NCBI GenBank assembly: GCA_036679065.1
Contig: JAZIGN010000001.1
Location: 64,001 to 128,000, forward strand
Origin: Coprothermobacterota bacterium
GTDB taxonomy: Bacteria; Coprothermobacterota; Coprothermobacteria; Coprothermobacterales; Coprothermobacteraceae
Length of the DNA stretch: 64,000 bases
Reading direction: 5' to 3'
Each line of letters begins with the position of its first letter. Within the stretch, counting starts at the first letter, position 1. Shown in pieces: positions 1 to 9,517 of the stretch. The translations under genes and the position numbers were made by a program. The notes beneath the pieces are model-generated. The model saw only the letters and a program-made list of their open reading frames with translations. It ran no database searches and was not told the origin of the DNA.

Positions 1-292
1 GGTTAGCTGCGATTACAAAACAGGATTGGAACTTGAAGCCATCATGGCAGCTGCAGGTTTTATGAAGGAAATACCCTATCTTGGTTTTGCTGCTATTACG
101 CACAAAGAAGGCGGGAAGTCCGGTACTTTGGAAAGGCGAGCACAGATTTATAGAGAAGGCTTTTCTTTCCAGAAGGGAATATGGTACCGCGTGGTGGGCA
201 AGGGGTGGCTAAAAGCCACAGAACATGGTCTCGAGAAAGTGCCAGACTTTCAGCTGGAGGCAGGGGATGTGATACTATGCAGCTTACAGTAA
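1..292 (+). CDS. 3' end of a gene entering from the left edge; hypothetical, possibly Moco-related by context
   Basis: Frame is open from position 2 to the stop at 292 and overlaps the next gene's start. No diagnostic motif. Confidence 0.45.
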   Translation, partial: VSCDYKTGLELEAIMAAAGFMKEIPYLGFAAITHKEGGKSGTLERRAQIYREGFSFQKGIWYRVVGKGWLKATEHGLEKVPDFQLEAGDVILCSLQ

Positions 293-846
293 CTGCTCAA
301 GGGACTGTAGCCTTTCGTCCTGATAAATTTGACTTAGTGAGCAGCGAGAAGCTCCCTAAGGGGCCTTTCTTGGAGACGGCGCGTTTGGCTGCGTTCCTAG
401 CTGCAAAACGTGATAGTTTTTTTGGTAGCCGAGTATTCATAACTCACATGGAAATTAAGCATCACTGGGGGCCCTCTGAACTTAGTTTTACTGTGAGGCT
501 AGTTGCCGATGGGGATGATGAAAAGGAGATTATGCGTAGGGCTTGGTTCTCCGCATTCGTTTGTTGTTTGACTACTTACGACATGGTAAAGGCCGTAGAC
601 CCTGATGCTGTCACTGAAGATGTCGGTATTGTGTCAATAAATGATGAGGATCTTCCTGAAGTGGATTTGAGTCACGCAGACCTCAGTGATTTCCAAGACG
701 GCTACTACTGTGGTTTTTCTCCTACTTTGATTGTGGAAAGAGGACAGATCCGATCTGCCTTTAATGCGCCGTGGAGTAATAGCAATGTACGACTCCGGTG
801 GCTTACGGCAGGTAAGAAATTCAAAGGAGGTTTCTCGGGTGAGTAA
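277..846 (+). CDS. Divergent MoaC-like protein
   Basis: PKGPFLETARLAAFLAAKR and LTTYDMVKAVD resemble MoaC motifs. Start moved to ATG 277, downstream of GCAGGGG. Adjacent to mog. Confidence 0.65.
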   Translation: MQLTVTAQGTVAFRPDKFDLVSSEKLPKGPFLETARLAAFLAAKRDSFFGSRVFITHMEIKHHWGPSELSFTVRLVADGDDEKEIMRRAWFSAFVCCLTTYDMVKAVDPDAVTEDVGIVSINDEDLPEVDLSHADLSDFQDGYYCGFSPTLIVERGQIRSAFNAPWSNSNVRLRWLTAGKKFKGGFSGE

Positions 847-1333
847 ATTGACTCCCGTAATTACGTGCTCCATTCTTATCTGTTCAGACAGGTGCTTTCG
901 CGGTGAAAGGGAAGATAAAACAGGTCCCGTATTAAAAGAAACACTGGAACGCTTAGGATATCATGTGCATGATGTGAAGGTTGTCCCAGATGAACTGGAC
1001 GTCATCGTTGATCAGTTGAAGCAATGGGTACGTCTGGGCATGGATCTCATAATAACTTCTGGTGGCACAGGTGTTGGGCCAAGGGACGTTACCCCTGAAG
1101 CCACTTTGCAGGTCATTGAGCGAGAAATACCAGGTATGTCATTTGCAGCTTTGATGTTGTCACTTCAGAAAACACCACATGCTGTGTTATCCAGAGCCAA
1201 AGCAGGTGTGGCAGGTACCACCTTAATAATAAACCTACCTGGTTCCACAAAAGGTGCTCAAGAGATTATCGAATACTTGGATCCCGCTCTAAAACATGCC
1301 GTCCCAATCATACATGGGGAAGTCATCGAGTAA
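839..1333 (+). CDS. mog: Molybdopterin adenylyltransferase, MogA/MoaB family
   Basis: SDR, TSGGTGVGPRDVTPEA, SRAKAG and NLPGS motifs. GTG at 839 follows AGGAGG. Confidence 0.9.
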   Translation: MSKLTPVITCSILICSDRCFRGEREDKTGPVLKETLERLGYHVHDVKVVPDELDVIVDQLKQWVRLGMDLIITSGGTGVGPRDVTPEATLQVIEREIPGMSFAALMLSLQKTPHAVLSRAKAGVAGTTLIINLPGSTKGAQEIIEYLDPALKHAVPIIHGEVIE

Positions 1334-2192
1334 GAGCTTGCTCCACTAATGCAGATGCGCCCAGCAATGCCGCCTCTTTCAGCGTACTAACCACGGTTGG
1401 CGTGTCTTTTACGGGTGGCACTGCGCGTCTGCGGATCTCTGCCTCATATATGTCTTGCCATAAGGGGAAAGTTGCGCTGACGCTACCCCCTAGAACGATA
1501 ATGTCGGGGTTCAAAATGTTTGCCAATGATGCACAAGCGATGCCCAGGTAATAACCCAATCTTTGATAAAGAAAGATTGCCTCTTTGTCTCCACTGCGTG
1601 CTCTTTCGTGGATTTGTGCACCTGTAAGCTTTTCTCCTGTGCGTTCGCTGTACCATTTTTCTAAAGCCCAACCGCCTGCCAATGACTCCAAGCAGCCATG
1701 GGAACCACACGTGCACGCTGGACCTTCTGCTTCTATGACCATGTGTCCGATTTCTAAAGTGGCGCCTCTTTTCGAGCGTAGCAAATCGCCTTCGTAAACA
1801 AAACCTCCACCAATGCCTGTACCCAATGTAACACCAAGAACGGATTCAGGTTTGCTACTTAGTTCGTACTTCCAGACCCCCAAAGCAAAAATGTTGGCAT
1901 CGTTTTCCACGAACACGGGCACATTCAATTCCTCCTGCAAGAGCCTTCCCAATGGAAAGTTCTCCCAGCCAATATTTCCGCCAAATATGACGGTCCCAGT
2001 TTCGTAATCCACCTGTCCTGCTACGCCAATACCCACTCCGTCAATATCTTTATCTTTGGTATAGGATGAAATCAAATTGACAATGTTTTCGCTGGGGCTG
2101 TTAAGAAAACGATCCCTGGCAATGAGTTTCCCGTCTTTGACAATACCCATGTCCACTTTTGTCCCACCCACATCTATTGCCAAAATCTCCAT
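1323..2192 (-). CDS. ROK family sugar kinase (glucokinase-like)
   Basis: IDVGGTK, ENDAN, GTGIGGG, EIGH and CTCGSHGCLE motifs. Confidence 0.92.
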   Translation of the reverse strand: MEILAIDVGGTKVDMGIVKDGKLIARDRFLNSPSENIVNLISSYTKDKDIDGVGIGVAGQVDYETGTVIFGGNIGWENFPLGRLLQEELNVPVFVENDANIFALGVWKYELSSKPESVLGVTLGTGIGGGFVYEGDLLRSKRGATLEIGHMVIEAEGPACTCGSHGCLESLAGGWALEKWYSERTGEKLTGAQIHERARSGDKEAIFLYQRLGYYLGIACASLANILNPDIIVLGGSVSATFPLWQDIYEAEIRRRAVPPVKDTPTVVSTLKEAALLGASALVEQALTR

Positions 2193-2233
2193 GGAAATCC
2201 TCCTCTCTTCATCTAACTTGCTCCTTGATGGTT

Positions 2234-3433
2234 TTACTTTCGGTTCATTCTCCAGTTAAGTTCTTCAGCCCACATAGAGGCTTTTTCTTTACTAGCGCAT
2301 TTCTTTGAAAAGTGTTCTACCACGGTTCTTGCCACAAACTGATGTACCTCAGAATCCATCTGCGGAACAATACGCTGCTTCTTCATGGCAAGCTCAGAAA
2401 GGGTTTTTGCCACCTCTATACCAACTGCTGTGTTGTACTGCTGCTGAGTAACCAATAGCCCCAGCATAAGCCCAGGAAAGATGAGTGAATTATTCACTTG
2501 GTTGGGATCATCGGAGCGTCCTGAGCCGTATATGGTTACTCCCATGGCACATGCTTCTTCCCGGGATACTTCCGGTACGGGATTAGCCAGTGAAAGCACA
2601 GTGTTAGGTTTTTTCATATTCCTCAAATACTCCAGTGGGAAAAGGCCAGGACCAGGGCGGGAAGCTGCAATTAAGAATGATGCTCCTTTTAATGCTTCTT
2701 CTAAATTACTGCTGCCAAGTTTGTTAGTTTTAGATAAAATGTTTCCCATCCAATGCTGCTGGCTATTTTCACTGTTATAAACCAGGTCTCGATCAACTAC
2801 TATTACATTTCCTATGTTGCCTAGCAACAGCTCATCAAGCAGCTGTAGGAAGCCCATGTTTGCCGAGCCAGCTCCCAAAAGCACTATTTTTTCGCTTTCT
2901 AGCTTTAGTCCTGCCATGGAGGATGAAGCGAGTACAGCTGCTAGCATGATTATTCCTGTACCCTCCATGTCATCGTGTATGATGGGTATGCGCAAAAACT
3001 TGCGTGCTTCAGTGAGTACATTGAAAGCATCAGGCTGTTTTATGTCTTCCAAGTTTATGCCACCCAATGAAGGTTCAATGGCACTGAGGAAGGCAAGTAT
3101 GGCTTCCTCGGTTTCGGCCCTTATGCAAAGCGGAATTGCGTCTATGCCAGCGTAGTATTTGTACAAAACTGCTTTTCCTTCCATGACTGGCAAGCCTGCT
3201 TCGGGACCAATATTACCCAGCCCTAGGATGCGTGTTCCGTTGCTTATTACGCCAATGGTGTTCCACCTATTTGTCATATCCCAGACCAAGGTGCTATCAG
3301 CAGCTATGCTCTGGCAAGGCTCTGCCACGCCTGGTGTGTAAAACACGTGCAGATTGCGAGCTAAGGGGACTCTGACTCGGAGTTCCCATTTTCCACGGTA
3401 AAGCTTATGTAAGAAGGAAGGTGTTATTTCCAC
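2234..3433 (-). CDS. NAD(P)-dependent malic enzyme
   Basis: YTPGVAEPC, ILGLGNIGP, PVMEGKA, INLEDI, HDD, GAGSA, LANPVPE and NQVNN motifs. Confidence 0.92.
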   Translation of the reverse strand: MEITPSFLHKLYRGKWELRVRVPLARNLHVFYTPGVAEPCQSIAADSTLVWDMTNRWNTIGVISNGTRILGLGNIGPEAGLPVMEGKAVLYKYYAGIDAIPLCIRAETEEAILAFLSAIEPSLGGINLEDIKQPDAFNVLTEARKFLRIPIIHDDMEGTGIIMLAAVLASSSMAGLKLESEKIVLLGAGSANMGFLQLLDELLLGNIGNVIVVDRDLVYNSENSQQHWMGNILSKTNKLGSSNLEEALKGASFLIAASRPGPGLFPLEYLRNMKKPNTVLSLANPVPEVSREEACAMGVTIYGSGRSDDPNQVNNSLIFPGLMLGLLVTQQQYNTAVGIEVAKTLSELAMKKQRIVPQMDSEVHQFVARTVVEHFSKKCASKEKASMWAEELNWRMNRK

Positions 3434-4602
3434 TTTCTCACCCCGGTAAATATGATCACCAATACGAGCATGGCAAGCAAGCTTCTGCCAAAAGCTGCGC
3501 CTGCTATCTGTAAAGGATTGTCAAGTCCAGATAGCACTGTTTGTAGCAAGAACGTACCTGCAAATACGGAGCCTAGTTGTCCAGCCACGTTTGCACTGAC
3601 TGCGGGGAGCAGTAAAAATGTTGACGGTTCCATCTTCTGCACGTAACGGTGTACTACACGTGCCGCCATGGGGAATGCACTATTTCCTGCTGCACCTAGG
3701 GCGGGATTAAAGCTGCGATCCACAATATGCATCACCTTGGCGACCAAAATGCCTGCTGCAATATTCATGATGAAGGCAAACAACCCAATGCCCATAATAG
3801 CAAGGGTCTGGAGCTGGAAAAAGGATTCTGCTCTTATCGAGCTTCCTATGAGCATGCCCACGAAGATCGTTGCCACGGGCGCAAGAATTTCCTCAGCTGC
3901 TTCCTTTAGCGAAGGGGTTTTTTCATTCTCTTTTAGGAAATAACCAAACACCAAAAATCCCAATAGTGGTAAGGACATAGGAGCGATAAAACCTGCAGTC
4001 AGTGTGACGATGAAAGGGAACAAGAGCTTGGCATTTTTGCTAATGTCACCTCTGGCAGTAGTCTGTGCCTTTATCTCATTTCTTGTAACTAGCCCTTTTA
4101 ACAAAGGTGGGATGAGCAACGGGACAATGGATACGTAGCTGTAAGCAGCCATGGAAATGGTACCCACAAGATCAGGTTTTAGTTTTGAAGCCACATAAAT
4201 AGACGTGGGACCATCAGCAGTTCCAATGCTGGCTATGGATGCTGCACTGGGTATGTCGAATCCAAAAAGAATGGCAACAAAAAATGCGATGAATATGCCC
4301 AGTTGTGAAAACAGTCCCAAAATCATGTAGCTTGGATTGGCTATAAGAGGACCAAAGTCCATCATGGCACCCACGCCTATGAAAATAATCAGGGGAAGGA
4401 GCTCTGTTTTTATTAGCGCATTGAACATTTGGTCCATGAGGCCGCCTTGCTCTGCCAAAGGACTATTCGGTATGTTCACCATGAACATGAAAAAGCCAAT
4501 GGGTATGAGTAAAAGCGGTTCCAAATCAAAACGATAAGAAAGGTAGATCAGCAGTAATCCTAAAGCCATCAATCCAATTTGCGACCACAGTAAACTGTCC
4601 AA
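3424..4602 (-). CDS. Na+-translocating decarboxylase beta subunit (OadB/MmdB/GcdB family)
   Basis: EPLLLIPIGF, IFIGVGAMMDFGPL, ADGPTSIY, AYSY, PMAARV and NVAGQ motifs. TTG start at 4602 follows GGAGGT. Confidence 0.88.
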   Translation of the reverse strand: MDSLLWSQIGLMALGLLLIYLSYRFDLEPLLLIPIGFFMFMVNIPNSPLAEQGGLMDQMFNALIKTELLPLIIFIGVGAMMDFGPLIANPSYMILGLFSQLGIFIAFFVAILFGFDIPSAASIASIGTADGPTSIYVASKLKPDLVGTISMAAYSYVSIVPLLIPPLLKGLVTRNEIKAQTTARGDISKNAKLLFPFIVTLTAGFIAPMSLPLLGFLVFGYFLKENEKTPSLKEAAEEILAPVATIFVGMLIGSSIRAESFFQLQTLAIMGIGLFAFIMNIAAGILVAKVMHIVDRSFNPALGAAGNSAFPMAARVVHRYVQKMEPSTFLLLPAVSANVAGQLGSVFAGTFLLQTVLSGLDNPLQIAGAAFGRSLLAMLVLVIIFTGVRKWK

Positions 4603-4663
4603 GAATAAACACCTCCTGCGTTCTACAGCATGTATGTTAACATAGCAGTGGAGAGGTGAAAAC

Positions 4664-5395
4664 TTGAAATTCGTCATATTAGCTGCTGGAGAAGGAAAAC
4701 GTTTAAAACCGCTAACCAACGACAGACCAAAAGCCATGGTTGAAGTTTTGGGCAAACCGTTGGTGCAGTGGCAATTGGAAGCACTTAGTAATTTGGGTGT
4801 GCCGCGCGATGAGGTGGTAGTCATCGGCGGGTTTGGCTATGACAAATTAAAGGAATTTCTCACAGGCAAGGTTCAGGTGCTTTATAACCCTTACTGGAGC
4901 GCGGCAAATAACGTGCTCACTGTTTACTACGCACTGGAGCAACTGAATGACGATATTGCCATTATAAACTCCGATGTCATAGCTGAGGAGGCTGTCTATG
5001 CTTTGTTCCATCCTGACAATGAACCTTACGCAGTGGTGGATGGGGGAGTAGATGCTGCTGAAGAAGAGATGAAGGTTAAGGTGGAAAATGGTAAGATAGT
5101 ACTTTTTTCCAAGCGAATAGACCCTTCTGAGTCTGTTGGTGAATACATTGGTCTTTCTTATATCCCTAGGCGGCTTAGGGGCAAAATGCTATCCATCATT
5201 GAAGGTATGTGGAACCGCGGAGAGTTGGATAGATGGTACGAAGACGCTTTTAACATTCTCTGCGAGACTGTCCCGATGACTCCCGTATTCTGTACGGGCA
5301 TGCTATGGACGGAGATCGACACCCACGAAGATCTGGAAAGAGCGAAGCAAATAGCAGCTCAGTTACAGAAGGAGAAGGTGGAGGGGGATGTTTAG
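4664..5395 (+). CDS. LicC-like phosphocholine/sugar-phosphate cytidylyltransferase (NTP transferase)
   Basis: VILAAGEGKRLKPLT..PK, GEYIG and WTEIDTHEDL motifs. Confidence 0.85.
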   Translation: MKFVILAAGEGKRLKPLTNDRPKAMVEVLGKPLVQWQLEALSNLGVPRDEVVVIGGFGYDKLKEFLTGKVQVLYNPYWSAANNVLTVYYALEQLNDDIAIINSDVIAEEAVYALFHPDNEPYAVVDGGVDAAEEEMKVKVENGKIVLFSKRIDPSESVGEYIGLSYIPRRLRGKMLSIIEGMWNRGELDRWYEDAFNILCETVPMTPVFCTGMLWTEIDTHEDLERAKQIAAQLQKEKVEGDV

Positions 5396-6434
5396 TAAGG
5401 CTGTCAGCTTGCCCATTTTTTGGATGATTGGTGAAAACATCATGGGAGACATTAAAGATGTTCTTTCTCAGTACAACATGGTGTTTCACCGCCCCTTGGT
5501 AGTTACAGGCAGCGGAGTCACCTCTGAGTTGGGGGAGAACTACTTTTCCTCCTATCAACGTGTTTCCATAAACAGTAACCACATTTCCGATGTGGAGAAG
5601 GTTAAAGCACAGGCACGTTCAGTGGGGTCTGATTTACTGATCGGTTTTGGTGGCGGGAAAGTTATCGATGTGGCAAAAATGGCAGCTACGGAGCTTAATT
5701 TGCCATTTCTGTCAGTTCCTACGGCTACCAGCAACGATGCTGTGGCTTCACCTGTCGCCGTTATAAACTTTGGCGACTACGTAAAATCCATGGGAGCCAT
5801 GGCGCCAATAGGAGTAGTGGCTGACCTGAACATACTGCGGAATCAACCACGAAAGCAGTTTTTAGCAGGTGTGGGAGACTTGTTTTCCAACATATCTGCA
5901 TTGGCTGACTGGCAGCTAGCAGCTGAGCGTGGGTTTGAAAGAGTAGACCCCGTGGCTGCATACTTGAGCCGCAACGCTGTGGAGAATCTTTTCCGAGCCA
6001 TAGAGAATGGCTCTGATCTGTATGCGACTTTGGTGGAGGGATTGGTTGTGTCCGGCGTGGCTATGGTCTTAGCGGGCAACAGCCGTCCCAGTAGTGGTGC
6101 TGAACATCTCATATCTCATGCCTTAGATCGTTTCCCCGTACACGGTTTGCATGGCCTTCAGGTAGGGGTGGCAGCGTTTTTTACTTTGCGTCTTCACGGC
6201 ATGGATCATCTCCGTTACAAGAAACTGCTAAGTCAAATTGGATTCCCTTGCAGTTGGCAGGAGCTCAATGTGGATAGGGAAACTTTTATGAAAGCTGTGC
6301 AACTTGCGCCTCAAACACGCAGCGGAAGGTATACCATACTTAGTGAAGTTACCCCTGAACTACTGCAGGAAGCGTACGACGAAGTTTATGGAGTAAGTGT
6401 TAGCGGGGACGGGGAATTCTCTATTCAGGATTAA
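5388..6434 (+). CDS. sn-glycerol-1-phosphate dehydrogenase-like protein (EgsA/AraM family)
   Basis: GFGGGKVIDVAK, VPTATSND, SRPSSGAEHLISHALD and HGLQVG (metal-binding His) motifs. Confidence 0.85.
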   Translation: MFSKAVSLPIFWMIGENIMGDIKDVLSQYNMVFHRPLVVTGSGVTSELGENYFSSYQRVSINSNHISDVEKVKAQARSVGSDLLIGFGGGKVIDVAKMAATELNLPFLSVPTATSNDAVASPVAVINFGDYVKSMGAMAPIGVVADLNILRNQPRKQFLAGVGDLFSNISALADWQLAAERGFERVDPVAAYLSRNAVENLFRAIENGSDLYATLVEGLVVSGVAMVLAGNSRPSSGAEHLISHALDRFPVHGLHGLQVGVAAFFTLRLHGMDHLRYKKLLSQIGFPCSWQELNVDRETFMKAVQLAPQTRSGRYTILSEVTPELLQEAYDEVYGVSVSGDGEFSIQD

Positions 6435-7145
6435 GTAGTTCTCGTAAAGTTTTCCTAGAATAGCCACGGCATATTGTTGGGTAGAAGTGCCAGTTTTGTC
6501 GTAAAGCTCCTTTCCTTGCTCCTTTATTTTTGCCACTCCGCCATCACCCGCGAAGTAGGCTACTAACCCCCAGTAAACATTATCGTTCCATCGTTGTATG
6601 CGCTTTGAGAGGTAGAACGTACCGGCTTTGATGTTGTCGCAAATACTTGTGGGATCGTCGGACAAACCCAGTTGTGGCTTGAGTTCGTTATAAAGAGCTG
6701 GCATGATTTGCATAAGTCCCACTGCACCTTGTATACTCTCGACCTTGGGGTTGAAGCCGCTTTCTTGTTCAATAACCGCGGTTATTAAAAGTGGATCTAC
6801 GTGGTACAGGTAAGAGTACTGAATAATACAAGCACTTATTGTTTCTCTGTCCTTATCACTTAGGTTCTTGTTCATGGCAACCTTAAAGGTGGATTTATCA
6901 ATGCGGGTCTTGATAAGTTTATCTATTTCTTCCACTCTTAGTACAGGGAATGGATAGTTCGGGAAATTGTCCAGGTTTGTGGGCTTCAGAGTTCTCGATA
7001 TCACCGGTGACAAGAAACTTACCATTATTGAATGATCCATGACGTTCCAGTTTCTTTGAATCGTGTATTCCACATAAAAGCTTCCTATCAAAATGAGCGC
7101 CATTATTACGCTTAGCACAATGTGAAAGAATTTGCCACGAACCAC
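6360..7145 (-). CDS. Membrane-anchored lytic transglycosylase (SLT domain)
   Basis: N-terminal TM segment. AVIEQESGFNP, GAVGLMQIMP, NIKAGTFYL and AYFAG motifs. Confidence 0.88.
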   Translation of the reverse strand: MVRGKFFHIVLSVIMALILIGSFYVEYTIQRNWNVMDHSIMVSFLSPVISRTLKPTNLDNFPNYPFPVLRVEEIDKLIKTRIDKSTFKVAMNKNLSDKDRETISACIIQYSYLYHVDPLLITAVIEQESGFNPKVESIQGAVGLMQIMPALYNELKPQLGLSDDPTSICDNIKAGTFYLSKRIQRWNDNVYWGLVAYFAGDGGVAKIKEQGKELYDKTGTSTQQYAVAILGKLYENYLILNREFPVPANTYSINFVVRFLQ

Positions 7146-8656
7146 CAGTTTCTCTCCTTTCTCGGAGTTATTGTCCCTTTTTCACTTAAGTACTTCTCGA
7201 AATAATCACGAAGTAATTGTGGTGAGTAAAACTCAATGGGCTGGTTCTTTAGCATGGTAAATCCACCGGCTCCGGACGCTCTGTAGCTAGTCAGACTTAC
7301 CCAGTAGTTCTGTCTGGAGTGCAGCTCGCTACCCATGTATTTTGCTCTTCTCACCTTATTTCCCCAGGGTTCCGTCAGATCGTAAATGACTTCTAAGCCA
7401 CCTATGGTTTCGAAGTTATAAGTTTTCACAAAAGGATGCCGCACAGGTCTCATGGTTCCTGAAGGAGTAGCACAAACTAAGTGGTAGTACCTGGCATTCC
7501 ATTCCAATGCTTTCTTCAGCGTGTTCCCTGTGATCTTCAGCACCACAGGTTCATTGTCAAAAGGATACAGGCTGAACGCATCCCGTCGTGTTAGCCATCC
7601 TTTCTTAATGGTTATTGGTTCAAAGGGGCTAGGTGGGTGCATGGCAATTTCGTTTTCTGTGGCATAACGCAATACATCCAAGTACAGGTTTGAAACGGGC
7701 TCAGCAGCCAGTTTCCATGTGCCACTGACGAAATCTTCTGCAGCAATACCAATGACTTCGTTAATCCAATCGTTGGTTTTTCTGTGATCAGACCAGAACA
7801 TATCAAGGATTTCTGGATCGTCTTCTATGCCGTAAAGATCAACATTTTGAACTCGTGTCACTTTTCCGTCAGCAATCTCGATGAGTGCCACTCCTTTACC
7901 GTAGGAAGGTGGCTGCACCAACACGGTGTTGTTCAACTTGTAAGGTCCAAATGTTCTGTGAGTATGACCGAACACGATAACATCAATATTTGGTACCTTT
8001 GTGGCCAATGAGTAAACAAAGTTTTCTTTCGAGGATTCCGACACCCGACGTCTTTTTAGGGGATCGTATTCAATGCCAGAATGAGCCAGGACCACGATTA
8101 CGTCAACCTGTTGGTCTTTTAGTTGAGAAACCAGGTTCTTGGCCACCTTTACGGGGTTTTCGAATCTCAGTCCCTTCCATTTCCAGGGCAGATCGAAATC
8201 CTCAATAGCAGGTGTTGTCAGTGCAATGACACCTACGCTCCAGTCACCGAAGCGGTACACCTTAAATGGTAACCATTTGGTTTGGCCAGTGAGCTGCTCC
8301 TGTATGTTTGCGCTAAGCAATGGGAATTTTGCTTGTTTTTCTATTTCCGTTAAGTATCGAAGTCCGTAGTTGAACTCGTGGTTCCCAACACACATGCCGT
8401 TAAGTCCCATTTCGTTGTAAGCTTCAACAACGGGGTTTATCTTGTTACCAAAGAACCGGTGTGCGTAAAAGGTTAGGGGAGACCCCTGGAAAGCATCGCC
8501 GTTATCAAAAAACAACGTGAGCGCTTCTTGACGCTGTTTCTTTAGGAAGGTGCTTACTTTACTTAAACCACCGGGGAACGGTTTCGCATGAACGTAATCG
8601 AAGGGCAAGATTTGGCCATGCAAGTCCGTGGCCACTACCATTTTGACACTGGACAA
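7112..8656 (-). CDS. Bifunctional 2',3'-cyclic-nucleotide phosphodiesterase/5'-nucleotidase family protein
   Basis: TDLHG, DNGDAFQGS, GNHEFNYG, GHTH, LYPFDN and YRASGAGGF motifs. No obvious signal peptide. Confidence 0.9.
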   Translation of the reverse strand: MSSVKMVVATDLHGQILPFDYVHAKPFPGGLSKVSTFLKKQRQEALTLFFDNGDAFQGSPLTFYAHRFFGNKINPVVEAYNEMGLNGMCVGNHEFNYGLRYLTEIEKQAKFPLLSANIQEQLTGQTKWLPFKVYRFGDWSVGVIALTTPAIEDFDLPWKWKGLRFENPVKVAKNLVSQLKDQQVDVIVVLAHSGIEYDPLKRRRVSESSKENFVYSLATKVPNIDVIVFGHTHRTFGPYKLNNTVLVQPPSYGKGVALIEIADGKVTRVQNVDLYGIEDDPEILDMFWSDHRKTNDWINEVIGIAAEDFVSGTWKLAAEPVSNLYLDVLRYATENEIAMHPPSPFEPITIKKGWLTRRDAFSLYPFDNEPVVLKITGNTLKKALEWNARYYHLVCATPSGTMRPVRHPFVKTYNFETIGGLEVIYDLTEPWGNKVRRAKYMGSELHSRQNYWVSLTSYRASGAGGFTMLKNQPIEFYSPQLLRDYFEKYLSEKGTITPRKERNWWFVANSFTLC

Positions 8657-8658
8657 TG

Positions 8659-9465
8659 TTACGGATTACCTCCTTCAACAAAGGCAAAACCGTAAGCATT
8701 GTTTCCGGCAAATGCTCCCACAATGGGACTTACCTGCACCAGGTAAGCACCGTTTTCCTTGGCGTACTCGACAATGTCATCAGACAAGTCCGTGTAAGCC
8801 ATGGCGACAGGGTAATTCGAATCCACGGTGCTTATTATCTCTTCCACATGCTTCTTGAATATGGTGAAGGGTGAACCACGTTCGTTCTTGAGTGGTTTTA
8901 CTTCTCCATCCTTAATTTGTATGAACGGCACAGTTTTCAAAAGTCCACCTACCCAGCCAGCAAATGCAGGTAATCTGCCTAACCGTACCAAGTTCTTAAG
9001 TGTGGCAATCACTGCAACCAACGATATCCTTTCTCTAATTTTTGTAAGTTGTTGATATGTTTCTTCAATATTCTTCCCTTGTTCTCTTAGCTGTACCGCG
9101 ATGTGTGCCAGCAGTCCACCCCCAATGGATGCACTCAGGGTATCCAGTACTTTTACGTTCTTTGTGGTTTCCTTTGCTGCGGTTAAAGCCGACTGCATGG
9201 TTCCACTCAGTTTGGAAGAAACTGTCAGAACTAGAATATCCTGCTCAGGGATATTTTCAAATACTTGTATGAAATCCTCTGGGCTGGGTTGGCTCGTGGT
9301 AAACGTATCAATGATGGAAGACAAGATTTTGTAGAATTTGTCTCGTGTAATCTCCACCCGGTCCTTTAGGAACTTGTCTCCGATGCGCAAATACAAAGGA
9401 ATAACCGTAAAGCTGGAGTACTGCCGCAAATGGTCAATAGCCGAATCAATCACAATATGGAACAT
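8659..9465 (-). CDS. DegV/FakB fatty-acid-binding protein
   Basis: IVIDSA, TTSQPSP, SSKLSGT and L.RLGR motifs. Confidence 0.9.
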   Translation of the reverse strand: MFHIVIDSAIDHLRQYSSFTVIPLYLRIGDKFLKDRVEITRDKFYKILSSIIDTFTTSQPSPEDFIQVFENIPEQDILVLTVSSKLSGTMQSALTAAKETTKNVKVLDTLSASIGGGLLAHIAVQLREQGKNIEETYQQLTKIRERISLVAVIATLKNLVRLGRLPAFAGWVGGLLKTVPFIQIKDGEVKPLKNERGSPFTIFKKHVEEIISTVDSNYPVAMAYTDLSDDIVEYAKENGAYLVQVSPIVGAFAGNNAYGFAFVEGGNP

Positions 9466-9517
9466 TTCTTTGCCCGCACCTGCCTTTCATTGATTAGGTT
9501 TTTTGGCATGTTCCGTT

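Noticed and set aside
4603..4824. N-terminal extension of the OadB-like ORF
   Set aside because: Overlaps the divergent NTP transferase gene. GGAGGT precedes TTG at 4602.
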